The notes under the pieces were generated by a model, which was not told where the DNA came from, searched no databases, and saw nothing but the letters and a program-made list of their open reading frames with translations. This document shows, piece after piece, positions 51,592-63,718 of a stretch of DNA of 64,000 nt (positions are counted from its first letter, which is position 1; each line of letters begins with the position of its first letter). This DNA comes from the human T2T-CHM13v2.0 reference genome, Homo sapiens. The stretch is from the NCBI RefSeq assembly GCF_009914755.1, contig NC_060933.1. One strand, 5' to 3'. A program made the translations under genes and the position numbers.

Positions 51592-52586
51592 TCATGAGTG
51601 CATGTGAGTGAGCAAGGGTCATTCATCAGAGGCTTTCAGAGTCACGCTCCGGTCCCTTCCTGCAGTGAGCAAAGTCTCATGAGGAGGCTTCCATGTCATC
51701 AAAAAATGCCTCAGTGCTCTTGGAGGGGGCGGGTGAAGGTACTAGAGGGCCCAGCAGCTTGGGTAAGAGTGTTGGTGACATCTAGTAAGATGAAGATTGA
51801 CAAGACCCACACTATTTAGCAAATAAGTGACCACTGAACTAAGAACATTTTTAGGGAGATGGAGAGAACTGAGCATAATTGTGGGCTGAAGATGAGCCTG
51901 TGAAGAGAGAGCTGAAGTTCCTTGCAAAGGCAGAAGGGGAGAATCAGAGCTCAGGGAGAAAGAACCCGGGCAAGAAGGGAAACGGCCACCTTCCTCCAGG
52001 ACGCGAAGGGGATGCAAGTGGGCAGGGGAGTGAGGGGTGTACATATGAGATTGTTATGGATTTTGGAGGTAGAGGGAAGTTAAAGGAGTTTATAACTAGG
52101 GAACTCTGTTCTCTGAAGCAGAACCAAGGGCTTGAGAGGAGGGGTGTCGATTTCACATGGCAACTTGAGGGTATGGCAGAGAGTGCTGACAAGCCATGTG
52201 TCAAAGAACCGCCCTTGTCTGGCACTGGCACTGGGGTGAGGGACTTGGGTTTTCTTCAGGTCAGTGGCCCGGTTTCTCAGAGTGGAGAAAACCGATAGTT
52301 GGCCTGACCCAGGATTGGAATAAGGGCTGAGAGGTAAGGACATTGAGAGGCTTGACAGTGGCATCACTGAGTTAGCTCCAGGCTGGGAAGTAAAGACAGG
52401 AAGAGCTTAAGAACTGGGCAGAACCAGAAAAGGGCCAGGCCTGAATGTTTTGATAAGACCCATGTGCAGATGTGGAGACGGAGTAAGTGTGGGAGCCCTT
52501 TCCCTGAGGAAACCTGAGGTTTCAGCCCCAGCTGAGTTGGTTAAGGACTTGCTCAGGGACCTGTCACATCACATTCTTCCCTGCAG

Positions 52587-52663
52587 GGCTGGTAAAAGCT
52601 GTTAACATCGCTGTGGACCTCATTGTGGCTCATTTTGGCACAAGCCGGGATCCCGGGGTGAAG
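52587..52663 (+). CDS. RUSC2: RUSC2 exon 6
   Basis: ctgcag|GG...AAG|gtaggc; 77 nt; [26 protein letters not shown]. Confidence 0.93.
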
Positions 52664-52869
52664 GTAGGCAAGGAAATGTGGAGAGCTGAGCTCTGCCTGC
52701 AAGCCCTCACCTGTCCCGCGCTACCACCTTCCCTTGCTGTCTTGCATTTAGAGCCCAGGGTTGGGTACTTAGGAATGGGGACGGCAAGAGGGGAACCATG
52801 AGGGCCTGCTACGAGAGGACCACAGTCAGGCCTGAGGGGGTTTCCTGCACTTCCCTACCACACCTACAG

Positions 52870-53044
52870 GCAAAGCTGGGAAACAGTTCTGTGAGCCCCA
52901 ATGTGGGCCACCTGGTTCTGAAGTACTTGTGCCCTGCCGTCCGCGCCGTGCTGGAGGATGGGCTCAAGGCCTTTGTACTGGACGTCATCATCGGGCAGCG
53001 TAAGAACATGCCATGGAGTGTGGTTGAGGCTTCCACACAGCTAG
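52870..53044 (+). CDS. RUSC2: RUSC2 exon 7 (RUN domain start)
   Basis: ctacag|GC...CTAG|gtaggt; 175 nt; [33 protein letters not shown]...[11 protein letters not shown]. Confidence 0.95.
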
Positions 53045-53134
53045 GTAGGTGCTGGGTGCCAAGACGGGGACCCAGGGCTGAATTTAGGGCTCCAGAAATT
53101 GGTCATGTGACCTGCAACCCTGGCTTCCTCCCAG

Positions 53135-53240
53135 GCCCATCCACCAAGGTCCTGCATGGCCTCTACAACAAAGTCAGCCAATTCCCAGAGCTCACCAGTC
53201 ATACCATGCGCTTCAACGCCTTCATCCTCGGCCTGCTCAA
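53135..53240 (+). CDS. RUSC2: RUSC2 exon 8 (RUN domain)
   Basis: tcccag|GC...CAA|gtgagt; 106 nt; ...[11 protein letters not shown]. Confidence 0.95.
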
Positions 53241-53848
53241 GTGAGTGCACAGAGCAGCAAGATCCCCTAAACAACTTGCCCTGCCCCCCACCCCCGGGCT
53301 CTGCCTGCACCAAGGAAACAACGCCCTGGACAGACAGAAAGGGTGGATCTGGAGGGTCCCCTCAGCCCGCTATGGCCTCTCAGTAGGTCACTGCCTCCCC
53401 ACTGTGCCCATGACTCTGTCACTGGTCACCAACGTGGTCTGCTTTTACAAATCTGTAATCTGGCTTATTTGGAAATTAGTTGGGTTTCTTAATTTCTCTG
53501 GACCTTGTAAACCCTGATCCTCTCCATTCCAGCACTACTTCCAAATCCTGCTTGACCCTAAGTCCACCTTGGGACCCACATCCTAGTAACATGCTTTCTC
53601 AGGTATGGGCCCAGGCCATTCCCTTTGGCCCTGAGCTGCCTGTACTTTCACACAGTAGCTGCCTTGATTTCTTAGGTCTACTGCAGGCTGACTCCACTCC
53701 AGGAGGAAACAATTGGCTTGTAAATCACATGTCCATCTCCCTCCACACATCCCCACTGACTTTCTGGAATTAGGTGAAATGAATCGTGCCATGGAAGGGC
53801 GTGTTCACCTATTCTTCCTGTGCCTGACCCCCTGGATCTGTCTCCTTA

Positions 53849-54487
<639 letters not shown>

Positions 54488-54701
54488 TCACTCCTCTAAA
54501 CTCAGGGCCACCGCCTGGGGTTGGAGAGTTTAGGCACTGCACAGCTGTGGGCAGCAGCGTTTATACTTAGTACATGCAAGTTGACTAGTGCACAGCCTGC
54601 ACCGCTGTCTGCAGCAGCTCTGCCCAGACTGTCTTTCAAAGTCCCACTTGGGCCAGGCTCTGGTTCTCTGTGTGGATCAGTCCCTCTCTCTTTTCCCCTA
54701 G

Positions 54702-55524
54702 ACATCATCCAGACCCACTACCAGCCCTGGGGCTTCCTGAGTGCAGCTCATACCGTGTGTCCCGGCCTCTTTGAAGAGCTGCTGCTGCTGCTACAGCCCC
54801 TGGCCCTGCTGCCCTTCAGCCTCGACTTGCTGTTCCAGCACCGGCTGCTGCAAAGTGGGCAGCAGCAGCGGCAGCACAAGGAACTGCTGCGGGTGTCCCA
54901 GGACCTGCTGCTGTCTGCCCACTCCACGCTGCAGCTGGCCCGGGCCCGGGGCCAGGAGGGCCCTGGAGACGTGGACAGGGCAGCCCAAGGGGAGCGGGTG
55001 AAGGGTGTGGGTGCCTCAGAAGGTGGAGAAGAGGAAGAGGAAGAAGAGGAGACAGAAGAGGTGGCAGAGGCAGCCGGGGGCTCAGGGCGTGCCAGGTGGG
55101 CCCGAGGTGGGCAGGCCGGCTGGTGGTACCAGCTCATGCAGAGCTCCCAGGTCTACATCGATGGCTCCATTGAGGGTTCCAGGTTCCCTCGTGGTAGCAG
55201 CAACAGCAGCAGCGAGAAAAAGAAAGGGGCAGGAGGTGGGGGACCTCCCCAGGCTCCACCACCCCGAGAGGGAGTAGTGGAGGGGGCTGAGGCCTGCCCT
55301 GCCTCTGAGGAGGCCCTGGGCCGGGAAAGGGGCTGGCCCTTCTGGATGGGGAGCCCCCCTGACTCTGTGCTGGCCGAGCTGAGGCGCAGTCGGGAGAGGG
55401 AAGGGCCCGCTGCCTCGCCAGCAGAAAATGAGGAAGGGGCCTCAGAGCCTTCACCTGGAGGCATCAAGTGGGGACACCTCTTTGGCTCCCGAAAAGCCCA
55501 GCGGGAGGCCCGGCCCACAAATAG
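54702..55524 (+). CDS. RUSC2: RUSC2 exon 10 (RUN domain end, acidic and Gly-rich linker)
   Basis: ccctag|AC...ATAG|gtgaga; 823 nt; [13 protein letters not shown]...[13 protein letters not shown]...EEEEEEEE. Confidence 0.95.
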
Positions 55525-55632
55525 GTGAGAGCCTGCCCATGGTAGGGATGGAGGGAGTAGGGAGCCTGCTGTAAGCCAGGGCACGGGCAGAGCCCATCCT
55601 GGGCAGAGCCTGAGTCCAGCTGCTGTCCCTAG

Positions 55633-55770
55633 GCTCCCCTCGGACTGGCTGAGCCTGGACAAGTCCATGTTCCAACTAGTGGCGCAGACAGTGGGTTCCC
55701 GCCGGGAGCCAGAGCCCAAGGAGAGCCTGCAGGAGCCACACTCCCCAGCCCTGCCCTCCAGTCCTCCGTG
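55633..55770 (+). CDS. RUSC2: RUSC2 exon 11
   Basis: ccctag|G...GTG|gtaagc; 138 nt, phase 2-2; [20 protein letters not shown]. Confidence 0.93.
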
Positions 55771-55853
55771 GTAAGCCTGGGGAAACGGAAGGGCTGAGGG
55801 GGGCGGGGGGCTTTTGAGGGGGTTTCTCTGACCTCCATGTGCTGTTTCCCCAG

Positions 55854-56055
55854 TGAGGTGCAGGCACTGTGCCACCACCTGGCCACCGGCCCTGGACAGC
55901 TGAGCTTCCACAAAGGAGACATCCTACGAGTGCTGGGGCGAGCTGGAGGAGACTGGCTGCGCTGCAGCCGTGGCCCCGACTCTGGCCTGGTGCCCCTGGC
56001 CTACGTGACATTGACCCCAACTCCAAGTCCAACCCCTGGAAGCAGCCAAAACTGA
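55854..56055 (+). CDS. RUSC2: RUSC2 last coding exon (SH3 domain)
   Basis: ccccag|T; EVQALCHH...[13 protein letters not shown]...DW...GLVPLAYV is the SH3 signature; TGA at 56053-56055; the exon lengths sum to 4551 nt = 1516 aa plus stop. Confidence 0.96.
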
Positions 56056-56515
56056 GGCCCTGTGCATGCTGGTGGCCTCAGGGACCCTCATAACCCCCAG
56101 ACTCAGAGCCCGAGAGCCCTTCCCAAGCCATTGGCTTGGCTGCAGAGTAGACTGAGAGCTGGGGCCACGTATCCCTGTGCTGGCACCTGCTCCCTGTGCT
56201 CAGTATTAATTACGCCCCCTTAACTGTCCCAGTGACCTTGTCCAGACCTCCACCCAGGAGAGGGATGGGACACAGCACTGGGCTGCCAGGATTCCCCTGG
56301 CCCGTCTGGGCCAACCCTTCCATGGGTGAAGACAAGCAAGTCCCCCTGGAGGCGGGTGGCCCAGAAAGCCATCTACAGGGTTCCCTAGGCCAGGTGGAGA
56401 TGAGGATGGGTAACAGTATTGGGGCCAGATCCCTAAGCCCCCCAGCTGTAAATAGGCTGTGGCCAGTGCCTGGTCATCAGAAGAGGGAGGAGGAGCCCAG
56501 GCGTCTGTTTATGTA

Positions 56516-56533
56516 TTTATTTATTTATTTATT
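56516..56533 (-). terminator. FAM166B: FAM166B polyadenylation signal array
   Basis: Four overlapping AATAAA on the minus strand about 150 nt after the FAM166B stop. Confidence 0.75.
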
Positions 56534-56542
56534 ATACCTATT

Positions 56543-56548
56543 AATAAA
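56543..56548 (+). terminator. RUSC2: RUSC2 polyadenylation signal
   Basis: AATAAA followed by a T/GT-rich element (ttttctctttgtgtt, 56572-56586). Confidence 0.85.
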
Positions 56549-56679
56549 AAAGGTGCTCAGCCTCCAAACCATTTTCTCTTTGTGTTCCCCCACCCTCCCA
56601 CCCTCCCACCCACCTCTCTCCCTTCCAAAAGGATGGCTGGGATAGGATGAAAAGGGAAGGGAACTTGATGTCCAGTGGC

Positions 56680-56768
56680 CTAAGCCAAGAGCTGCTTCTG
56701 GAAGGTGCTGAGGCCCAGAGCATCATGGGTGAGATGGCCAAATGTGTGGCCAAACTGGAACTTATACC
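56680..56768 (-). CDS. FAM166B: FAM166B (CIMIP2B) coding exon 6
   Basis: acacag|GG; YKFQFGHTFGHLTHDALGLSTFQKQLLA*, TAG at 56682-56680. Confidence 0.9.
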
Positions 56769-57052
56769 CTGTGTGGCCAAGAGAGTCTGTCACATGTAGC
56801 AAGTGGCATGGCAAAGCCATTTAATTCTCAGCCAGTTGGCTAGACCTCCAAACAGCCCTCTAAAATCTGGCCCTAATTCCCCACTGTGGGTAGCTACCTC
56901 GGTTTCCTTTTCTGCCTGATAATAAAGCTGAACCACATGATCTGAGCCCTCCCATATCTATTAGTTTCAACCCCCACAAACCACCCAACCCACCCCATAC
57001 CCATACAAACAAACATTCCAGTCCCCAAAGCCTCCCCGGGGGCTCTTCTCAC

Positions 57053-57247
57053 CTGGCACGTAGCCCCCATAGTTAGGTAAAAGACCCAGGTTCTGAGGGT
57101 ATGTTCTGGGAAGTGGGGGGAGATGTTTGGGGTCCTGGGCACTGCCTGGTGAGTGCTTCTGCCCAAATTCCTGCAGTGCCTGGTTGGTGAGCACAGGAAA
57201 GCTGGAGCCGAAGAGGAAGCGGGCGCAGGGCACATAGCCAGTGAAGC
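57053..57247 (-). CDS. FAM166B: FAM166B coding exon 5
   Basis: cctcag|GC...CCAG|gtgaga; 195 nt; GFTGYVPCARFLFGSSF...LLPNYGGYVP. Confidence 0.92.
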
Positions 57248-57321
57248 CTGAGGATGGGGACACTGAGCCAAGGCATCCTGGGGCCTCCCCACGCCTCTGA
57301 TCCTGACCCCCCAGCTCTCAC

Positions 57322-57373
57322 CTGACATGAAGAACTTCCGAGGGTCCCTGTCATCCATGGAGTAGGGAGAAGC
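57322..57373 (-). CDS. FAM166B: FAM166B coding exon 4
   Basis: tcacag|GC...TCAG|gtgaga; 52 nt; ASPYSMDDRDPRKFFMS. Confidence 0.9.
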
Positions 57374-57547
57374 CTGTGAGAGAAGCCCCTGTGCTGTCAC
57401 ACAATCTCCCAAGGAGGTGGAGCTGACAATCAAGTGCACATCCCCTGAACCCACAGCCACACTACTCATGCTGCCCCCACTGCCCGGACACACAGTAAGA
57501 CCCCCACTCCCACACCTCTGCACTCCCCACCAGCTTCTTGGTCTCAC

Positions 57548-57753
57548 TTGTTCCACCACCTCCAGTGTCGGCTCCTCCAGCTGCCCCTCCGGCTCTGGCA
57601 CCTGGTCCTTCTCTGTGTCCTTTCTTCCCTTGGCCTCCTTTGGTAGCTCTTCACTCCCTTGCTTTTCATGCAAGTGAGTAAAGTCACTCAGAGCCTCGGC
57701 CCAGACCTGGCTGCAGTTCTTGGCAAAGATGAACTGTGCCCGGGGTACAAAAC
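57548..57753 (-). CDS. FAM166B: FAM166B coding exon 3
   Basis: gcccag|GT...CAA|gtgaga; 206 nt; FVPRAQFIFAKNCSQVWAEALSDF...LEVVEQ. Confidence 0.9.
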
Positions 57754-57838
57754 CTGGGCAGGCAGGGACAAGGAAGACTCGTTAGTGTTTGGAACACATG
57801 CTCCTGGGAGGGGCACCTGTGCATACCTGCGTACAAAC

Positions 57839-58062
57839 CTGTGTACCCAGGGATCATGCTGGAGCTGAGCCTTTCTTGCCCACGCCTGACAGGTAGACTC
57901 TCCCTGGGAACCTCAGGAGATCTTGGAGGCCGAATGGGAGGCAGAAGTGTGCGGTGGACAGGGGGCCAGGCTAGGCCAGGAGGGCCTCGAAGTAGCTGAC
58001 CAGTCACCTGCCCATAGGTCTGGCCCACGCTGAACCGAAGTAGTGGGCAGTGTCCAGTGTAC
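57839..58062 (-). CDS. FAM166B: FAM166B coding exon 2
   Basis: ctgcag|G; YTGHCPLLRFSVGQTYG...SMIPGYT; the donor CAG|gtttgt gives a 275-aa total (an alternative donor lies 12 nt further on). Confidence 0.88.
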
Positions 58063-58439
58063 CTGCAGCACAGACTCTCCCACTCACCAGAATCGCCCTG
58101 CCCCGCCATCCCCAGAGGCAGAAGCGGAGACCTCTGAAGCCCTGATCTTTCTGGACTCAGCAGTGTATATATTTGGAGCAGGCATTTCTAAGTTCTCTGC
58201 CTGGGCTTTCGATCCTTCCTCTGCTGTTACCCTGTTCCCATGGAGAGAACAACACAAAGCTTTGGGGCAGACCCGGTGTCTCACTAGTCCCTTGCTTCTC
58301 CTTTTCCATCCACCACCATAGAGACCTCAGCCTCCCAAACCAACCTGTCCGCTTGGCCCCATGCTCTAAGCAGCTTAATTCCTCCACCCTATACCCCTAC
58401 TCCCAGCAGCAAGCGGGGAGCGCTAAGTGGGAGTCTTAC

Positions 58440-58501
58440 CCTGGGATATAATGAGGGTTCTGAGGGTTGAGCCCTGGTATGAAGGTGCTGGCCACAGCCA
58501 T
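58440..58501 (-). CDS. FAM166B: FAM166B (CIMIP2B, ciliary microtubule inner protein) coding exon 1
   Basis: ATG at 58501-58499; MAVASTFIPGLNPQNPHYIPG; donor GG|gtaaga; repeated PGY-G motifs typical of the FAM166 family. Confidence 0.92.
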
Positions 58502-58509
58502 GGGGAGCC

Positions 58510-58800
58510 GGGCATTTCCTTTTGTTTGCCTTTGAGCCAAGGCTCTGGTCTGTGTGTACCGTGTCCAGGGCTGTGGGGCTAGAGGAAGGAGGCGGGGCTA
58601 AGGGAGGAGAGAAGGGAGGGGGCACTCGTGTGAGGACAGCCAGGGCGAAGGCCGGCAGAACTGTAGAGCAGAGGCTAGCAGGTCTGTCTGTCCAGGACAA
58701 AGGTGGTCCTGCTCGTGGGGCAGGGCCCGAACCGAAGGAAGCCCTGAGGTGGGACGTGGGAGGTGGGACGTGGGAGGTGAGGGAGCAGAAACCATTCGGG
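58510..58800 (-). promoter_or_regulatory. FAM166B: Putative FAM166B 5' UTR and proximal promoter
   Basis: GC-rich region upstream of the ATG with a GC box (ggcgggg ~58591-58597), a forkhead-like TGTTTGC near 58523 and a G-rich tandem repeat. Confidence 0.55.
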
Positions 58801-59325
58801 CCACTGAGCTCTGTCTCAGCGACTTCCTTCCTGAGCGCCTGCCTGAGAGGTGGACACTGTGTTCCTCATGAGTCTTCATCAAAGGAGATGGGGGACCTGG
58901 AGAAAGGATCTTTGAGGGAAGCCAGGGCCCAGAGGGGAGGTGAAAGAGGACAGGTGATGGGGGAAAAAAAGGAACCTAGACACCTCTAGGGAGTAACATC
59001 GTTTATTTTCAATAATTTAACAAGAGTGGCTTACTGAATACCTGCTATAATCAGAGTCATCCATTCAACAAATGAGCCAGGCTCTGCCAGGCTCCGGCCA
59101 CAGTGGCCGAGTGTGCACTCCATGGGAGCCAGAAAAGCTGTGGGGGTTGAGGGAAGGAAACAGGATAAAGTTGTTGTAGGTGTGGGCGGTAACACTAGGG
59201 AGCAAGTTAGAATTTGTTAAAAAAATAAAATAAAATAAAAAATTCGGATTCTAAGAGAAGAAAAAGCACAGACCAGGAAGATGAGATCTCAGAGGACGGG
59301 GAAACATGTTTAAAACCCAACTCTG

Positions 59326-59457
59326 GGCCGGGTGCAGCCACGCTCACATCAACGTACTGAGGAGGCTGAGGTGGGAGGATCACTTGGGTCCGGGAGTTTC
59401 AGTCCAAACTGGGCAACACAGCCAGACCCCACCTCAAAAAACAAAACAAAACAAAAA
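59326..59457 (+). mobile_element. Degenerate Alu left monomer
   Basis: ggaggctgaggtgggaggatcacttg plus an (AAAAC)n tail. Confidence 0.75.
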
Positions 59458-59749
59458 GTTCTGGGGCTGGGTCAGGGCCAGGCTGAGGGCTCAGGGCCCA
59501 CGTTTCTGAGGCAGAGCTCTGCTCTTCTCCCCACCTCCAGTGACCATGCCTGCGCTGACCAAGGACGGCACTGACATCCCAGGGGAATTACATAAGAGCA
59601 CTGGGCTCCAAGGCACACATTTCATGTTCCTCACTGTTCTGCCAAGGACAGCCTTAGAATGTGTCATTTAGAGTTGTGGGGACTTACCTCACAGCTGAGG
59701 AAATATGTTAGAGTGAGGATGGGAGCCGAGGGGCAAGCCCAGAATAGCA

Positions 59750-60342
59750 GCAGTGTGTCAAGCTTAACAACCAGACTTGGGATTCTGTGACAGACACTAT
59801 CACAGCTTATACCTATTCCTGACCCCCATCTCCTTTCTTCCGAGGAGCCAGAAACTGCATCAGGGAGGCTTGGAGAGCCAGCCTGGAGGAATGAGCTGGA
59901 TTAGTCTAAGCGTGGTCCCATGCTCCTTCCCCATGACCGCTTAGGCACGGGCTTCCAGCATTCTGGATAATATGAGGGGAAATCTGCTGGGGCAGGGGAG
60001 GGTCCTGGGAAAAGTTTCTTTGCTCTTAAAGAAAAGATTCACATCAAATTAGAGCAAGTGAGAGAGACAGAGATGCGCAAGACGAAACGATGTCCATTCC
60101 TGCCCCTAGACTTTTGGGGGATGTGAGGCTGGAATGCTGGCAGGCATGTGGAAGCCTTGTGGAAAGCTAACCTGAAGACAAGTCCTGGACACATCAAGGA
60201 TGGATGGTAGAGGAGAAAGGCCAGGGTCCTGAGGGTAATGTAGAGCCATGGAATTAATCAGCCTTTTTATGTCAAATAGTAAATTTCATTATTAAGGCCA
60301 CTTTAAGTTTTCTTTCACTTACAGCCAAAGGCATCATAACTT
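59750..60342 (+). mobile_element. MLT1-type LTR
   Basis: ggattagtctaagc...gaggggaaatctgctgggg...ttattaaggccact...cacttacagccaaaggcatc, an MLT1-like 3' end. Confidence 0.65.
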
Positions 60343-60355
60343 TAAAAAACAAAAC

Positions 60356-60657
60356 AGCCAGGCACGGTGGCTCACACCCTTAATCCCAGCACTTTGGGAG
60401 GCCGAGGCAGGAGGATCACAAGGTCATGAGTTCGAGACCAGCCTGGCCAACATAGTGAAATCCTGTCTCTACTAAAAATACAAAAATTAGCCAAGCGTGG
60501 TGGTGGGCACCTGTAGTCCCAGCTACTCAGGAGGTTGAGGCAGGAGAATCACATGAACCCAGGAGGTGGAGCTTGCAGTGAGCTGAGATCGCACATTGCA
60601 CTCCAGCTTGGGCAACAGAGTGAGACTCCGTCTCAAAAACAAAACAAAACAAAAAAA
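60356..60657 (+). mobile_element. AluS-like element
   Basis: Full dimer. Confidence 0.94.
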
Positions 60658-61859
60658 CACCACTAGATCAAATCCTAGCTTCACCAGAGATATAGACTTT
60701 GTCCAAATTCATCTCATTGAGCCTCAGTTTTCTCATCTGTAAAATGGAAAAACTAATGTTACCATCTCATAGAGTAGGATATCAGCTAGCTGAGATGATA
60801 CACAATGAGCAATGACCCCAGCGTCTAGCTTACGGTAAGTGCTAACTAAACAGCAATTCACGGCTAGCATTTGGCAGGAATGGGAGGAAGGAAAGGAGCT
60901 GGGAGCAGTCACAGATGTTAGAGGTTCAGGGGAAAGGTTCATGAAATTGAAAAAGGGAAAGGTTTGAATGGAAGTTGGGGTATAAATTAGGATGTAGGGA
61001 CTAGAACACATTCTGCAGAAAAGACCATGGCAGTTAGAATCCGGGTATGCGTTAAAACACAAGTTAGGAAACAGATTAGGATTAGTCTTAGGTTTATGGC
61101 TTATGAAGAAACAGCTCTATCCAATTGGTAGAATGGCCTGTTACTATGATTGTTTCCATCTGAATAAAGAATATTTCTAGATCCCTGAAGGGTGTTCTAA
61201 TCTGAGAAAGGAGTGACGGGGCCAGCTGAGGCACCACAGGAATGCTTGCTGCCTCTGTGCCTCCTTCCAGGGACAGACATCACAGAAACATGACCACAAC
61301 TTGCTCTGATGGGAGCTGCCACACCCAGTGGCCAGTGTTGGATGTGGCAGTGGAGAGAAAATGTTTAACTGGAGACAGCGCCCCACTCAGTCCACACAGC
61401 CTGCTGGGTCCCCACAATGGCAGCCTACAGCCTTCTGTTCTGCCTTTGATTCTGACCAGGAACTGCTATAAAATTTCATACAGATCCCAAATCAATCATT
61501 TGATTGTATGTCAACCCTAGGCAAGCATAAATCCCCTCTGCAAGGATGAATAAAAGAAAATCACAGGACCTTTGAAAAAATTCCTGAAATCAACAGTCCA
61601 CCAAAATTGAAACAAGAATTGAATAAACTCCAAAAGATTACATGCAACACAAAACCTTTTTTAGTTTGAAAAATACATGCAGATGCATAAAACTGCATAA
61701 AAAGGAAAGCAAGGGAATGATAAAAATGGGTTTCAAATGCTCACCTCAGATGGTGAGAAACAAAAGGGGTGGGAAAGGGGGAACCACATAGTTAGATGTA
61801 TGTTATTGTCAAAGTTTCAGTTTTTGTTTGGGATGATGTTTTCAAAAATGCTTATAATG

Positions 61860-62665
<806 letters not shown>

Positions 62666-63027
62666 GGATTTTTTATGTATATAACACTCCTCAAATCCAC
62701 AAGGATCAATATTCATTTATTCAGCCTACTTATTAAATATTTCTACTAGGCAGTTGCCTTATAGATCAATACAGACAATGCCTGACCTCAGTGATCGAAC
62801 CACTTTAAAGAAGAGACAGAGGTACAGAGAAAGGCAGAATAAAATAAATACCACAATGAAGATCTAAACAAAAACAACTGATCTTATAATAGGCCATGAA
62901 GAAAAATCTCAAAAATTCCAAGAAGCACAATAAACCACATTTCCTCACACAAACACAATTTTAAAATTTTAAAATAGGCTAAACAAACAACCAACCTAAC
63001 ACTTAGACATTTAAAAATACTCCCTTG

Positions 63028-63205
63028 AGCTGGGCGTGGTGGTGCATTCCTGTAATCCCAGCTGCTTGGGAAGCTGAGGCGGGAGGATGGCTTGAGCCCA
63101 GAAATTTGAAGCTGTAGGGCGGCGCTATGATCACATCTGTGAATAGCCACTGCACTCCAGCCCAGGCAACACAGTGAGACCCTGTCTCTTAAAGAAATAA
63201 AAATT
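63028..63205 (+). mobile_element. FAM (fossil Alu monomer, 7SL-derived)
   Basis: Monomer retaining the 7SL-like ctgtgaatagccactgcactccagcc segment that dimeric Alus lack. Confidence 0.75.
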
Positions 63206-63373
63206 AAAATTAAAAAAAAAACAAAAACACCTTAACCCTTGGGGCAAAGAAAAAATTCCAGTTATACACAATTATTTATAAATAAATGAGAATTCAATCA
63301 AAGATGAATTCAGAGGCAACTTTTAGCCTCAAACACATACTGGCCTCATGATTAAGAATATAGACTTGATCCT

Positions 63374-63718
<345 letters not shown>

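Noticed and set aside
55153-55911. 252-aa minus-strand ORF and similar antisense ORFs over RUSC2 exons
   Set aside because: Shadow ORFs of GC-rich coding sequence; low complexity, no recognisable domain, no promoter evidence
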